Shown in pieces: positions 8,858-18,558 of a stretch of 53,912 bases of DNA. The notes beneath the pieces were generated by a model. The model was not told the origin of the DNA. It ran no database searches and saw only the letters and a list, made by a program, of their open reading frames with translations. Positions within the stretch are counted from its first letter, which is position 1, and each line of letters opens with the position of its first letter. This DNA is from Pseudorhizobium sp. (GTDB lineage Bacteria; Pseudomonadota; Alphaproteobacteria; Rhizobiales; Rhizobiaceae), in assembly GCA_035998065.1 (NCBI GenBank), contig DASYHX010000351.1, positions 1 to 53,912 of the forward strand, written 5' to 3'. A program made the translations under genes and the position numbers.

Positions 8858-10510
8858 TCAGGCAAGATCGACGCTGGGCACTTTGTTGCGCAGCTCTTCG
8901 ACAAGGACACGGGTGTTCTCCGAGTAGTCGATCGGACAATCGACAAGATGCACGCCGCCTCCTTTGAAGGCCGCCTCGAGCGCCGGGATGAGACCTTCAG
9001 CAGATGCGACCCTCGATCCTTTGGCCCCATAAGCCTCCGCATACTTCACGAAATCAGGGTTTCCAAAGGTCATGCCATAATCCGGAAACTGGTCCACAGC
9101 CTGCTTCCAACGGATCATCCCATAGGCTCCGTCGTTCAATACGAGCACGACCAGATTGAGCTTCAGGCGCACCGCCGTCTCAAGTTCCTGCGAATTCATC
9201 ATGAAGCCACCGTCCCCGCAGACGGCCATAACGCGGCGGTCTGGATAGATCATCGATGCCATCATGGCCGAAGGGAGGCCGGCCCCCATGGTCGCCAGCG
9301 CATTGTCCAGAAGAAGGGTATTGGCCTCGTGGGTGCGGTAGTTTCGTGCGAACCAGATTTTGTACATGCCGTTATCGAGGCACACGATGCCGTCATGAGG
9401 CATCACCGCTCGTACGTCGTGCACCAGGCGCTGCGGCGTCACCGGGAATCGGCTCTCCTCGGCACGTTCTGCAAGGCGTTCGAGGATTTTCTGGCGGAGG
9501 TCGAGCATTTGGCGTTGCTCTGCAAGCTTTCCGGAGAGCCGGTGGGTCAATTCCGCAACTGTAGTGCCCACGTCACCGATGACCTCGGCGTCGGGATGAT
9601 ACACCTGCTCAACCGTCGCCGATTGGAAGCTTATATGGACGACCTTGGGGCCACCGGCTTCGCGCATAAGGAAAGGCGGCTTTTCAATTGTGTCGTGGCC
9701 GATCGCGATGATGAGATCGGCAAGTGCTATCGCGTCGTGGACATAATCACCTTCCGAGAGCGCTGCAGTTCCCATGTAGAGATTAGAACCACCGGTCACC
9801 GCTCCCTTGCCCATTTGCGTGTTGAAGAAAGGGAGCCCTGTTTCACGGATAAAATCGGAGAGCGGCGCTACCAGTTGCGGGCGATTCCCACCGGCCCCAA
9901 TCATGACCAATGGCCGCTCGGCGGCGAGGATCATATCGGCTGCCCGGTCGATGGCGGTGGCAGGAGCGATGGGCTGGTCCAGGGGGTGGGGAGGTATTAT
10001 CTGCACATCTCCTACATGTGCGCCGGCGACGTCTTCTGGTAACTCCAGGTGGACGGGGCCGGGCCTCTCCTCCATCGCAACTCTAAAGGCGTCTCGAACG
10101 GTTGAAGCGATGCTCGCCGCGCTGACAATTTGACGGGTCATCTTGGTAAGGGGGCGCATCGATCCCACCACATCGACGATCTGAAACCGGGCCTGCTTGG
10201 CACTCATGATAGCCTTTTGCCCGGTTATGAGGATCATCGGCATCGCTCCGAGATGGGCGTATGCCGCTCCGGTCGAGAAGTTAAGAGCTCCAGGGCCCAA
10301 GGTGGCAAGGCAGACGCCGGGTTTACCAGTGAGTCTGCCATACGTTGCCGCCATGAAGGCCGCGGCCTGTTCGTGCCGGGTCAATACAAGCTGGATCGTC
10401 GAATTTCGCAGTGACTCCAGCACGTCCAGATTTTCTTCGCCGGGAACGCCGAAAATTCGCTCGACCCCTTCATTTTCCAGCGCACGGACTAAGATGTCGG
10501 AACCCTTCAT
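8858..10510 (-). CDS. TPP-dependent enzyme, acetolactate synthase large-subunit-like
   Basis: Motifs FGVPGEEN, RHEQAAAFMA and GDGG...ND (TPP binding). No small subunit nearby. Start is ATG 10510 or GTG 10513 after GGAG. Confidence 0.92.
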   Translation of the reverse strand: MKGSDILVRALENEGVERIFGVPGEENLDVLESLRNSTIQLVLTRHEQAAAFMAATYGRLTGKPGVCLATLGPGALNFSTGAAYAHLGAMPMILITGQKAIMSAKQARFQIVDVVGSMRPLTKMTRQIVSAASIASTVRDAFRVAMEERPGPVHLELPEDVAGAHVGDVQIIPPHPLDQPIAPATAIDRAADMILAAERPLVMIGAGGNRPQLVAPLSDFIRETGLPFFNTQMGKGAVTGGSNLYMGTAALSEGDYVHDAIALADLIIAIGHDTIEKPPFLMREAGGPKVVHISFQSATVEQVYHPDAEVIGDVGTTVAELTHRLSGKLAEQRQMLDLRQKILERLAERAEESRFPVTPQRLVHDVRAVMPHDGIVCLDNGMYKIWFARNYRTHEANTLLLDNALATMGAGLPSAMMASMIYPDRRVMAVCGDGGFMMNSQELETAVRLKLNLVVLVLNDGAYGMIRWKQAVDQFPDYGMTFGNPDFVKYAEAYGAKGSRVASAEGLIPALEAAFKGGGVHLVDCPIDYSENTRVLVEELRNKVPSVDLA

Positions 10511-10638
10511 CACGCTATTCTCCTTCGCTTTGGCCAAGCAGCTTCAGGCAAGCTTGGCGGTGTATTGAGCGGCGGGGCCAGGGGACTTCTCATGCCGATA
10601 CGGCGTCGATGAATCCCAAGGCAAAATTGTCTCCTCCA

Positions 10639-11514
10639 TCACCACTGGGTCCCGTGGACCGGGGGCATCGGCGGCGGTGCTTCCCGTTCAATCGCTTCCA
10701 ACAAGTCGATTTCGATCGTTCTGCACATCGTTGAAAGTGGAACATCATGCACTGTGTTGGCAAATGGGTCGGTCAAATCGTGACCGATCCGCAGCGCCGC
10801 CAGGAAGATCATGCCGATGAGGGTCGACCCGATAGGTGTGAAAAGGTCGAGGGTTTCGACGAGCGATATCGGAAGCAGGACGCAGAACAAGCGAGTGAAA
10901 AGGTTGGGCATGAATTCAAACCCATTGGGTAACGGCGTATTCTTGATCCGCTCCATGCCGCCTTGGGCATTGGCTATGTCCATCATGACGCGTTCGAACA
11001 TACCCTGTTGAACTGTATCGATTTTCCCCTCACCCCGAGCGCCGGAGACGATCCGGGATATGTCTTCGAGCAAGGCATTGGGACGATTTGACCCCCGCGA
11101 AGCCGCCTCCACTGCTGCCTTGCCTCCGAGCCGTTCGATGTCCTCGAATGGATCCTGGCCTCGTAGACGGCAACGCAGAGCGTGCGCGAGTGCGATCTGC
11201 CTCAGAATGATGGCCTCGGCCTCAGGGCCGGAAGGGATCAGATTCCGGGCCATGCGAGCGATGCTTCGCGAAGCGTTTATGAGCGCCCCCCACAGTGTGC
11301 GCGCTTCCCACCAACGCGCATAGGCGGCATTGGTGCGAAACCCCAAGAAGAGAGCTATTGCAGTACCGAAGAGAGCCACGGGAAGTTGTGGTTCTTTCAC
11401 CGGCATGTAGCGGTGAAAGACGGTTACGAGCACATCCCAGACGAACAGCATGGTCAACGGCTTCCAGATCTCAACGATGATCTGCTCCAGACGAGGGCGG
11501 GCGCCTACGATCAT
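10639..11514 (-). CDS. Bestrophin-family ion channel
   Basis: Motifs FLGFRTNAAYARWWEARTLWG, ERIKNTPLP and DPF. Confidence 0.92.
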   Translation of the reverse strand: MIVGARPRLEQIIVEIWKPLTMLFVWDVLVTVFHRYMPVKEPQLPVALFGTAIALFLGFRTNAAYARWWEARTLWGALINASRSIARMARNLIPSGPEAEAIILRQIALAHALRCRLRGQDPFEDIERLGGKAAVEAASRGSNRPNALLEDISRIVSGARGEGKIDTVQQGMFERVMMDIANAQGGMERIKNTPLPNGFEFMPNLFTRLFCVLLPISLVETLDLFTPIGSTLIGMIFLAALRIGHDLTDPFANTVHDVPLSTMCRTIEIDLLEAIEREAPPPMPPVHGTQW

Positions 11515-11972
11515 TGTTCGAAACCTTGGACGATCGGGGAAGCGGTGGGGCGACGGAGCAGGTCGAAATTCCCCTCAACGAGGAGGCCGACGCGGATCGG
11601 CCGTTTAGAACGGTTGTTCCAACTCCATTCGTACAGGCTTCCATGCCGGGGGCGCAAATTGCCCTGTTCTGTGGCCGAAATGTCCTTTTCCGTCAGGATC
11701 GAGCCCGTATGCCCATCGTCCAGTCGCAGACGGTAGTGTATCTTTGATCCGCCGATGTCGCTGACATAGCGCATCGTATCTCCACCAACGACATAGGCGG
11801 TGACGCGGCGCACCTCGCCGGGACCCAGAGTAAAGTTCAGTCTCTCCGAACTTGGTTGATTGTCATTTTTCGCCAGCGAGCCCATCAGCGAGATTGCGCT
11901 GAAAACGACAAACGCGATACTCGTCAGAGTGCTGACGCCCAGCAACGCAATTGCGGGACGATCAAGTTTCAT
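11511..11972 (-). CDS. Hypothetical protein with an N-terminal membrane anchor
   Basis: One N-terminal TM then a beta-rich domain (YEWSWNNRS...VGLLVEGNF). ATGA overlaps at both ends support coupling. Confidence 0.65.
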   Translation of the reverse strand: MKLDRPAIALLGVSTLTSIAFVVFSAISLMGSLAKNDNQPSSERLNFTLGPGEVRRVTAYVVGGDTMRYVSDIGGSKIHYRLRLDDGHTGSILTEKDISATEQGNLRPRHGSLYEWSWNNRSKRPIRVGLLVEGNFDLLRRPTASPIVQGFEQ

Positions 11973-12103
11973 GGCTGTTCGGCCTGGGGTGCGCGCCATA
12001 GGCCTCTTCTTCCCAAGGCCTCACGTCGGCTCTCGATCGCGGCATCGCGAACTGCGGGCAAAATGAGGGGGATATCGACGCGTAGCTTCTCGACCATTTC
12101 CAT
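11969..12103 (-). pseudogene. 44-aa ORF, possible remnant of a heavy-metal P1B-type ATPase N-terminus
   Basis: Translated by hand as MEMVEKLRVDIPLILPAVRDAAIESRREALGRRGLWRAPQAEQP*. It has an AAGGA RBS and its stop overlaps the next ATG. Similarity to the ATPase N-terminus is from memory only. Confidence 0.4.
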
Positions 12104-12152
12104 GATCCTTCTGGGTTGGGCGCTATTCGCAATTGCTTGGATAGGCCGATAT

Positions 12153-12554
12153 TCAGGGCGGATGGCCGCGACCCGGTTGGGCGATCGCCGTCGTTCGATG
12201 GCAGACCAGAGATTTTTCCCCCATCCGGTCTAGCTTGAGTGTGTCGGTGCCGGTCAGAACCAAGGTCAGATTGTTTCCGGCATAGGCCTTGCCGGTGTCC
12301 GGTGCGGTCAATCTGGATGGTTTCCCGCCAGGAATTATCGTCAGGTCCAGGGTCAGGCCATCGAGCATAAAGTCGCCGTCAAGTTGGGTCCCGTCCTCAC
12401 ATGTGTACAGGTGTTCGCCAATGAGAGCGGGCAATGAGGCGCTATCGTGACGCCGATCACTGACGGTATCTTCAGCTCGACAGCCGGCGAGAGTTATCGT
12501 TGCCAGGCCTCCTGCAACGAGTAGCGATGTTGAAAGCTCGCGGGTCACACGCAT
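12153..12554 (-). CDS. Hypothetical lipoprotein, MliC/PliC-like pattern
   Basis: Lipobox LAGC; YTCEDG, G-x-x-Y and a C-terminal Cys. Confidence 0.65.
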   Translation of the reverse strand: MRVTRELSTSLLVAGGLATITLAGCRAEDTVSDRRHDSASLPALIGEHLYTCEDGTQLDGDFMLDGLTLDLTIIPGGKPSRLTAPDTGKAYAGNNLTLVLTGTDTLKLDRMGEKSLVCHRTTAIAQPGRGHPP

Positions 12555-12585
12555 GGCGGATTTCTGTCAACTGGAGGCGAACTGT

Positions 12586-12618
12586 CGCCATGGGCGGCAA
12601 GGGCGGCCGCCCATGGCG
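12586..12618. other. GC-rich intergenic inverted repeat
   Basis: CGCCATGGGCGGC-N7-GCCGCCCATGGCG, perfect 13-bp stem. Confidence 0.6.
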
Positions 12619-12675
12619 CGGGCCGTTCTCGCACGCGGGGAGGGGGGCAGGGGCGTGCGGCGGCCGATCGGATCA

Positions 12676-12978
12676 TCAGTCGAACAACTCACGTAGGAAG
12701 CCTTTACGGCGGCCATGATGGCCGCTGCGCTGGCTGTGACCCTCCTCATCGGGGTGCCCATTCTCGCGGCTCGCCACCGTTGGCGGTTGTTGTGTCCTGC
12801 TTGCGCCTGCGGTGTCCGCGAAACTGCGCTCGATAATCTTGTCGAGCTCGCCTCGATCGAGCCAAACACCCCTGCATTGAGGGCAGTAGTCGATTTCGAT
12901 GCCCTGCCGCTCGCTCATGAGCAGATCAACGCGGCAGACGGGGCATTGGAGACCGATTGGTGCCGTTACATTGGTCAT
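12676..12978 (-). CDS. zf-TFIIB zinc-ribbon domain protein
   Basis: CPVC...IEIDYCPQCRGVWLDRGELDKII, ending in RRKGFLRELFD. Confidence 0.9.
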   Translation of the reverse strand: MTNVTAPIGLQCPVCRVDLLMSERQGIEIDYCPQCRGVWLDRGELDKIIERSFADTAGASRTQQPPTVASRENGHPDEEGHSQRSGHHGRRKGFLRELFD

Positions 12979-12979
12979 G

Positions 12980-13603
12980 TCAGTATTCCTTGGGTGGAGG
13001 AGTGTCTTTGATCCCTCGGATTTCGCTGCGAGCGTCTTTCAGGATTTCAACGCCGCCCTTGATGGCGATGAAAGCCGTCGCCAGTCCGACCAGAAGATCC
13101 GGCCAATTGGCGTTCAGCCACCAAACCAGCGCGCCAGCGATCAGAATGCCGCCGTTCGATATGAAATCATTGTAGCTGAACGTGGTGGCTGCCCGCATGG
13201 CGACATCTGGCTCGTCGAGGCGCTGAAGCAGTCTGAGGCAAACATAGTTGATGACGGCCGCAACGGCCGACATCACCATCATGGTCGCTCCGATGGGGTC
13301 GCTTCCGTAGGTGTAACGGCGCGCGACGTCGAAAAGAATTCCCACTGCGAATATCAGCAGCATCGAGCCAGAGAATAAAGCGGCGCGGCCTTTCCAGATG
13401 AGCCCGCGCCCAAGGGCCAGGAGGCTCAACATATAGACCAGCGCATCGGAGAGATTATCGACACCGTTCGCGATAAGAGCACTGGAATCGCCAGTAATCC
13501 CTGCGAAGAAGAATGCTGCGGAGATGATCACATTGAGGATCAGGACGATCCAGAGTGTCCGCTGCTCCGTCTCACTCGTTTTGTTCCGGGCTTCAATCAT
13601 CAT
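12980..13603 (-). CDS. Short CDF-family cation transporter
   Basis: Motifs SSALIANGVDNLSD, SYNDFISN and WPDLLVG. Paralogous in pattern to 2167-2787. Confidence 0.85.
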   Translation of the reverse strand: MMIEARNKTSETEQRTLWIVLILNVIISAAFFFAGITGDSSALIANGVDNLSDALVYMLSLLALGRGLIWKGRAALFSGSMLLIFAVGILFDVARRYTYGSDPIGATMMVMSAVAAVINYVCLRLLQRLDEPDVAMRAATTFSYNDFISNGGILIAGALVWWLNANWPDLLVGLATAFIAIKGGVEILKDARSEIRGIKDTPPPKEY

Positions 13604-14090
13604 TGACGCTCCGTCCTTTGGTGGCTGCGGTGGTACGGCGCTTGTGTCGATTTCCAGCAGGTCCTGCGCGAGACAGTCGCCTGACAGCTACTAGGAAGCT
13701 TGTGTCCTGAAGCTGCATTCGCCGGCGAATGCCTGCGCGCACGAATGCGGCTGCGGGGGCTCCGAACAACCCCTTGCATTCGACGCTGTGTCGAACATGA
13801 AGGCCCGAGGCATCCTCAGTCAGTTCATATCCTTCCTCCATTGTGAAGAATGGGAAGGTGCCTAATTTCCAGCGAATGCTGCCGGACCGTTCGTGTGCCA
13901 CGATCAGGGCATCGACTTGGGTGTTTCGGCCGAAGAAGCGTGCGGTGAACTCAACCTTCTTGCCCAAGCCGACAACCCCGCCGCCAAACCGATACTCCGG
14001 ATGCCAACTTTCATACTGGGCCAGATTTGCCAGCATGGCCCATGCTCGAAGGCGGGAGATCGGGGGGCTAAACCTGGTTTCCTCTCTCAT
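13593..14090 (-). CDS. SRPBCC (START/Bet v1-like) domain protein
   Basis: AWAMLANLAQYESWHP pattern; size about 165 aa. Confidence 0.7.
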   Translation of the reverse strand: MREETRFSPPISRLRAWAMLANLAQYESWHPEYRFGGGVVGLGKKVEFTARFFGRNTQVDALIVAHERSGSIRWKLGTFPFFTMEEGYELTEDASGLHVRHSVECKGLFGAPAAAFVRAGIRRRMQLQDTSFLVAVRRLSRAGPAGNRHKRRTTAATKGRSVNDD

Positions 14091-14117
14091 GTCGCTGATC
14101 CTCTCATTCGATCAGGG

Positions 14118-14149
14118 AAGAAACAGGAGGGCAGCAGCTGCCCTCCTGT
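14118..14149 (-). terminator. Rho-independent terminator after czcA
   Basis: ACAGGAGGGCAG-CAG-CTGCCCTCCTGT, 12-bp stem, followed by TTCTT on the minus strand. Confidence 0.75.
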
Positions 14150-14153
14150 CACA

Positions 14154-17100
14154 TCAATGCTGAGGTTGACTGCTGGCGGCCGAGGTCTCGAGCACTTCCT
14201 CATCTGCTTCGACCATCGTTGCGCGGCCGTACCGCGCGTAGAGTGTCGGCAGGACGAACAGGGTGAGGATTGTCGCGGAAAGAAGGCCGCCGATTACGAC
14301 TGTCGCCAGCGGCTTCTGGACTTCGGCTCCAGCCCCGGTGCCCAATGCCATCGGTACAAAGCCGAGGCTGGCGACCAATGCGGTCATCACCACTGGCCTG
14401 AGGCGTTGAAGGGCGCCGGCCCTGGCCGCTTCCGCCCGGTCCATTCCCGCTCGCATGAGATCCTGGATCGAGGATACCATGACAAGGCCGTTGAGGACCG
14501 CAATGCCGGACAGAGCGATGAACCCGACTGCGGCGGAGATGGAAAAGTCCATGCCCCGCAGGAAAAGGGCCAGAACGCCGCCCACCAGAGCAAGTGGAAC
14601 GCCGGTGAACACGATCGCGGCGTCCCTTACCGATCCCAGAGCCCCATACAGGAGCAGAAGGATCAGCACGAAGCAGGCAGGGATTACCAACTGAAGCCGC
14701 TCGCGGGCTGAAGCCAGGTTCTCGAATTGTCCGCCCCATTCAAGGTAACTGCCCGGTGGCAAGCGGACTTCCTTTGCGATGCCATTCTGTGCATCTTCGA
14801 CCACGCTGCCGACGTCCCTGCCCCGAACGTTCGCCTGCACGACGACCCGACGCTTGCCATTCTCTCGGCTGATCTGGTTAGGCCCGTCGATGACCCGGAT
14901 ATCGGCCACGCTCGACAGAGGAACGAATTGTCCTCCAGGCGTCGGTACTTGGACCTGGCTCAATAGCGAGATGTCGGCCCGCTGAGCTTCCGACAATCGG
15001 ATGACCACTGGAAAGCGGCGATCCCCTTCGAAGATCATGCCGGACTGCTGACCGCCCAATGTGGCATTGACGATGTCTTGCACGTCCTGGGCGGTTACAC
15101 CGAGGCGGGCCATGGCGTCTCGATTGACCCGGATGTCGAGCATCGGGAGACCGGTGGTCTGTTCAACCTTTACGTCGGTTGCGCCATTTGTCCTTCTAAG
15201 GACTCCCGCAATCTTCTCAGCTGTCGCATTCATCGAGTTGAAGTCATCCCCAAAGACCTTCACTGCGATGTCGCCGCGCACCCCGGCGATTAGTTCGTTG
15301 AAGCGCATCTGGATCGGTTGGGTGATCTCGTAGGCGTTGCCCGGGAACTTGGCGAGCTTCCCTTCGATCCTCGAGATGAGCGCTTCCTTGGTCAGGCTGG
15401 GATTGGGCCATTCCTTCCGATCCTTGAGAATGACGAACATGTCGGTGGCGTTGGGCGGCATCGGGTCTGACGCGAGTTCAGCCGTACCGGTCTTGGAGAA
15501 AACGAACTTCACCTCCGGCTGCTTCGACATCATTTGCTCGATCGGTACCTGCATCGCCTGGCTCTGCTGCACCGACGTCGCCGGAATTCGCAGGGCCTGA
15601 ATCAGGAGATCGCCTTCATCAAGTTGTGGCAGGAACACCTGACCCAGAGAGGTAAAAGCAAGGATTGCCACAGCGAACGCGCCTATGCCGGCACCGACGG
15701 TCAGGGTCGGCCGCTTCATCGCGCGGTCGAGGCCGGGTTCATAGCGAGCCTTGAGCCAGCCCATGATCCGACCTTCCTTCTCTTCGATTCGCTTGGACAG
15801 CCATAGGGCGATCGCAGCGGGAACGAAGGTCAGGGAAAGGACGAACGCGCAGACGAGCGCGATGATGACGGTGAGGGCCATTGGCACGAAGGTCTTGCCT
15901 TCGACACCTGTCAGTGTGAGCAACGGCACATAAACGAGGATGATGATCGCCTGGCCATAGACCGACGGCTTGATCATTTCCCTTGCCGCAGCTGCGACTG
16001 TATCCAGCCGTTCCTTGACGGTAAGCAGACGTCCTTCATGGTGCTGATGCTCCGCCATGCGTCGCAAGGCGTTCTCGACGATGATGACCGCGCCATCGAC
16101 GATGAGGCCGAAGTCCAGCGCACCTAGGCTCATGAGGTTGGCCGACACACCGGCGCGCAACATGCCAAAGCCCGTCAGCATCATGGTGATCGGGATGATG
16201 ACCGCCGCGATCAGTGCCGCGCGGAAGTTGCCGAGAAGCAGGAACAACACCACGATGACCAGCAGGGCGCCCTCACCCAGATTCTTGGCGACCGTCTTGA
16301 TGGTGGAGTTCACCAGCGCGGTGCGGTTGAGAACCGGTTGAACGATCACGTCCGGCGGCAGCGAGGCGTTGATCTCGTCCAGACGGTTGGCGACGGCCGT
16401 TGCGACCGTGCGGCTGTTTTCTCCAATACGCATGATGGCGGTGCCGACGACGACCTCAGTGCCGTTCTCGGATGTCGAGCCCATGCGGATCGCCTGGCCG
16501 GTGCGGACGGATGCGACCTGGCCCAAGGTGATGGGTACGCCGTCCCTGGTGGCAACCACGATCTTCGAAAGTTCGTCCGCATTGCGGACAAGGGCGTCGG
16601 CGCGCACCGCCAACCCCTCGCCGTTGCGATTGACGAAGCCGCCGCCGACGCTGGTGTTGTTGCGCTCGAGGGCAGTGCTGAGCTGCGTCAGGGTGATCCC
16701 CATCGATGCCAGCCGCTGCACGTCGGGCACGACGAGGAACTGCTTGGCATAGCCGCCGATTGAATCGACGCCAGCCAGGCCCTTGGTGTTCTTGAGCAGC
16801 GGTGAGACGATCCAGTCTTGCGCGGTACGCAGATAGGTTGCCTTGTCCGTGTCGTTGGTCAGTCTTTCGCCCTCGGGCGTGATGTAGCTGCCGTCCGGCT
16901 GCATGCCCGGTTCGCCGGGCTGATGCTTGTCGTCCTTGCGATGCTCCAGGCGGACGGTCCACATGTAGACTTCGCCCAGACCTGTCGCGATTGGCCCCAT
17001 TTCCGGGCTGACGCCGTCGGGCAGATTTTCCGAGACACCGGTCAGGCGCTCGCCGACCTGTTGGCGGGCGAAGAAAATGTCCGTGTCTTCGGAGAAGACG

Positions 17101-17384
17101 GCAGTAACCTGCGCAAAGCCGTTACGGCTGAGCGAGCGGCTATAGTCGAGGCCGGGAATGCCGGCGAGCGCGGTCTCGATCGGAAAGGCGACCTGCTTCT
17201 CGACCAGTTCGGGCGAAAGCGCAGGCGCGCGGACGTTGATCTGAACCTGATTGTTGGTGATATCGGGAACCGCGTCGATGGGCAGCCGTGACAGGGCGGC
17301 GGCACCGATCACGGCGGCAATGGCGGTCAGCAGCAGGACGAGCCAGCGCTTGTGAACCGCCCAGGTTACGATTGGGGCGATCAT
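14154..17384 (-). CDS. czcA: CzcA/CusA-family heavy-metal RND permease
   Basis: 1076 aa; motifs LPIDAVPDITNNQVQI, ALDFGLIVDGAVIIVEN, RLRPVVMTA and GAEVQKPLA. Confidence 0.95.
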   Translation of the reverse strand: MIAPIVTWAVHKRWLVLLLTAIAAVIGAAALSRLPIDAVPDITNNQVQINVRAPALSPELVEKQVAFPIETALAGIPGLDYSRSLSRNGFAQVTAVFSEDTDIFFARQQVGERLTGVSENLPDGVSPEMGPIATGLGEVYMWTVRLEHRKDDKHQPGEPGMQPDGSYITPEGERLTNDTDKATYLRTAQDWIVSPLLKNTKGLAGVDSIGGYAKQFLVVPDVQRLASMGITLTQLSTALERNNTSVGGGFVNRNGEGLAVRADALVRNADELSKIVVATRDGVPITLGQVASVRTGQAIRMGSTSENGTEVVVGTAIMRIGENSRTVATAVANRLDEINASLPPDVIVQPVLNRTALVNSTIKTVAKNLGEGALLVIVVLFLLLGNFRAALIAAVIIPITMMLTGFGMLRAGVSANLMSLGALDFGLIVDGAVIIVENALRRMAEHQHHEGRLLTVKERLDTVAAAAREMIKPSVYGQAIIILVYVPLLTLTGVEGKTFVPMALTVIIALVCAFVLSLTFVPAAIALWLSKRIEEKEGRIMGWLKARYEPGLDRAMKRPTLTVGAGIGAFAVAILAFTSLGQVFLPQLDEGDLLIQALRIPATSVQQSQAMQVPIEQMMSKQPEVKFVFSKTGTAELASDPMPPNATDMFVILKDRKEWPNPSLTKEALISRIEGKLAKFPGNAYEITQPIQMRFNELIAGVRGDIAVKVFGDDFNSMNATAEKIAGVLRRTNGATDVKVEQTTGLPMLDIRVNRDAMARLGVTAQDVQDIVNATLGGQQSGMIFEGDRRFPVVIRLSEAQRADISLLSQVQVPTPGGQFVPLSSVADIRVIDGPNQISRENGKRRVVVQANVRGRDVGSVVEDAQNGIAKEVRLPPGSYLEWGGQFENLASARERLQLVIPACFVLILLLLYGALGSVRDAAIVFTGVPLALVGGVLALFLRGMDFSISAAVGFIALSGIAVLNGLVMVSSIQDLMRAGMDRAEAARAGALQRLRPVVMTALVASLGFVPMALGTGAGAEVQKPLATVVIGGLLSATILTLFVLPTLYARYGRATMVEADEEVLETSAASSQPQH

Positions 17385-17388
17385 CGGC

Positions 17389-18555
17389 TCAGTCCTCGTG
17401 GCTCGCTTCGCTCTTGCCGAGTTCGGCCTTGAGCGTGAAGCTGTTGACGGTAGCGATGACCTCGGTGCCCTTAAGGCCCGACTTGATGATCACACTGTCG
17501 CCGGCGCTGTCGCCAAGCTGCACAGGTGTCGCCTGGAAGCCGGTCTTGGTGCGCACGAAGACCACGGACTTGCCTTCTTCGGTCTGCACGGCGGTCAGCG
17601 GTACGCGGATTGCGCCATCGCCACCGCTTCCCGTGAGGGCAACGGAAGCCGTAACAGGCTCGCCGACGCGCCAATTGCCATCGCGATTATCGAGCGTCGC
17701 GATGACGGGGACGAGCCGGGTGTTGGGATCCAGGGCAGGCGACACGAAGGTCACCTTGGCCGTCGCTTCGCGGCCGGCTGCCTTCACCGTCACCATCGCG
17801 CCCGGACGTACGCGACCGGCGTCCTGCGGCTGGAGGTTGAGCGACAGGGAAACGCTGGAGAGGTTGGCGACCCGGAAAAGCTCGGCATCTGCCGCGACCG
17901 TCTGCCCGAGCACTACGCTGCGGCCGATGACCTGCCCGGATATCGGCGCGACGATGCCGATACGATTGAGGCCGCCACCGCCCGTGCCTGCGGCCGAGAC
18001 CTGCTGCTGCGCTAGGCGAAGCGCAATTCGTGCTTCGGTCGCCGCCGTGCGGGCGGCGATGAGATCCTGCTCCGGTGATACCCGCTGGGAAAAGAGGCGC
18101 TGTTCTCGCGCGAGATTGCTGTTGGCCAGGGACAGGCGCGCGCGGGCGGCCTCCGTTTCTGCATTGAGCGATGCGGCCTCTCGGCTTTCGATGACGGCAA
18201 GCGCTTGGCCACGGCCGATTGACTGGCCGAGGTTGCGGGTCAGCGACACGACTCGGCCACCGATCGCTGCGGAAACGACCTGCGTGCCTTGCGGGTCGCC
18301 ATCGATAGTTGCGGGCAGTTCGATCGTGCCCGACCCGCCTATAACAGGACGCGCCGTCTGGATTCCTGCCGATGCGATCTGGTCGGTGGTCAGCGTTATC
18401 TTGCCCTCGTCAGCGTGGGCTTCGCCACCGGCCTTGCCCACAGCGGCGGGCGCTGTTTGATCCGCTTTGTTCTGCTCGCTCTCACCCCCACATGCGGCGA
18501 GGGCCAGCATGAGGGACAAAGGAAGCGCTGCGTAGATGATGGTCTTGGATTTCAT
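17389..18555 (-). CDS. czcB: CzcB-family periplasmic adaptor (MFP)
   Basis: Lipobox LAAC, MFP hairpin and APISG motifs; lies between czcC and czcA. Confidence 0.92.
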   Translation of the reverse strand: MKSKTIIYAALPLSLMLALAACGGESEQNKADQTAPAAVGKAGGEAHADEGKITLTTDQIASAGIQTARPVIGGSGTIELPATIDGDPQGTQVVSAAIGGRVVSLTRNLGQSIGRGQALAVIESREAASLNAETEAARARLSLANSNLAREQRLFSQRVSPEQDLIAARTAATEARIALRLAQQQVSAAGTGGGGLNRIGIVAPISGQVIGRSVVLGQTVAADAELFRVANLSSVSLSLNLQPQDAGRVRPGAMVTVKAAGREATAKVTFVSPALDPNTRLVPVIATLDNRDGNWRVGEPVTASVALTGSGGDGAIRVPLTAVQTEEGKSVVFVRTKTGFQATPVQLGDSAGDSVIIKSGLKGTEVIATVNSFTLKAELGKSEASHED

Positions 18556-18558
18556 GGA

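Noticed and set aside
8840-10042. 400-aa plus-strand ORF, and similar shadows at 17288-18460, 18289-19452, 22473-23444, 28106-29110 and 47141-48226
   Set aside because: Each lies opposite a well-supported gene and has an atypical amino-acid composition.
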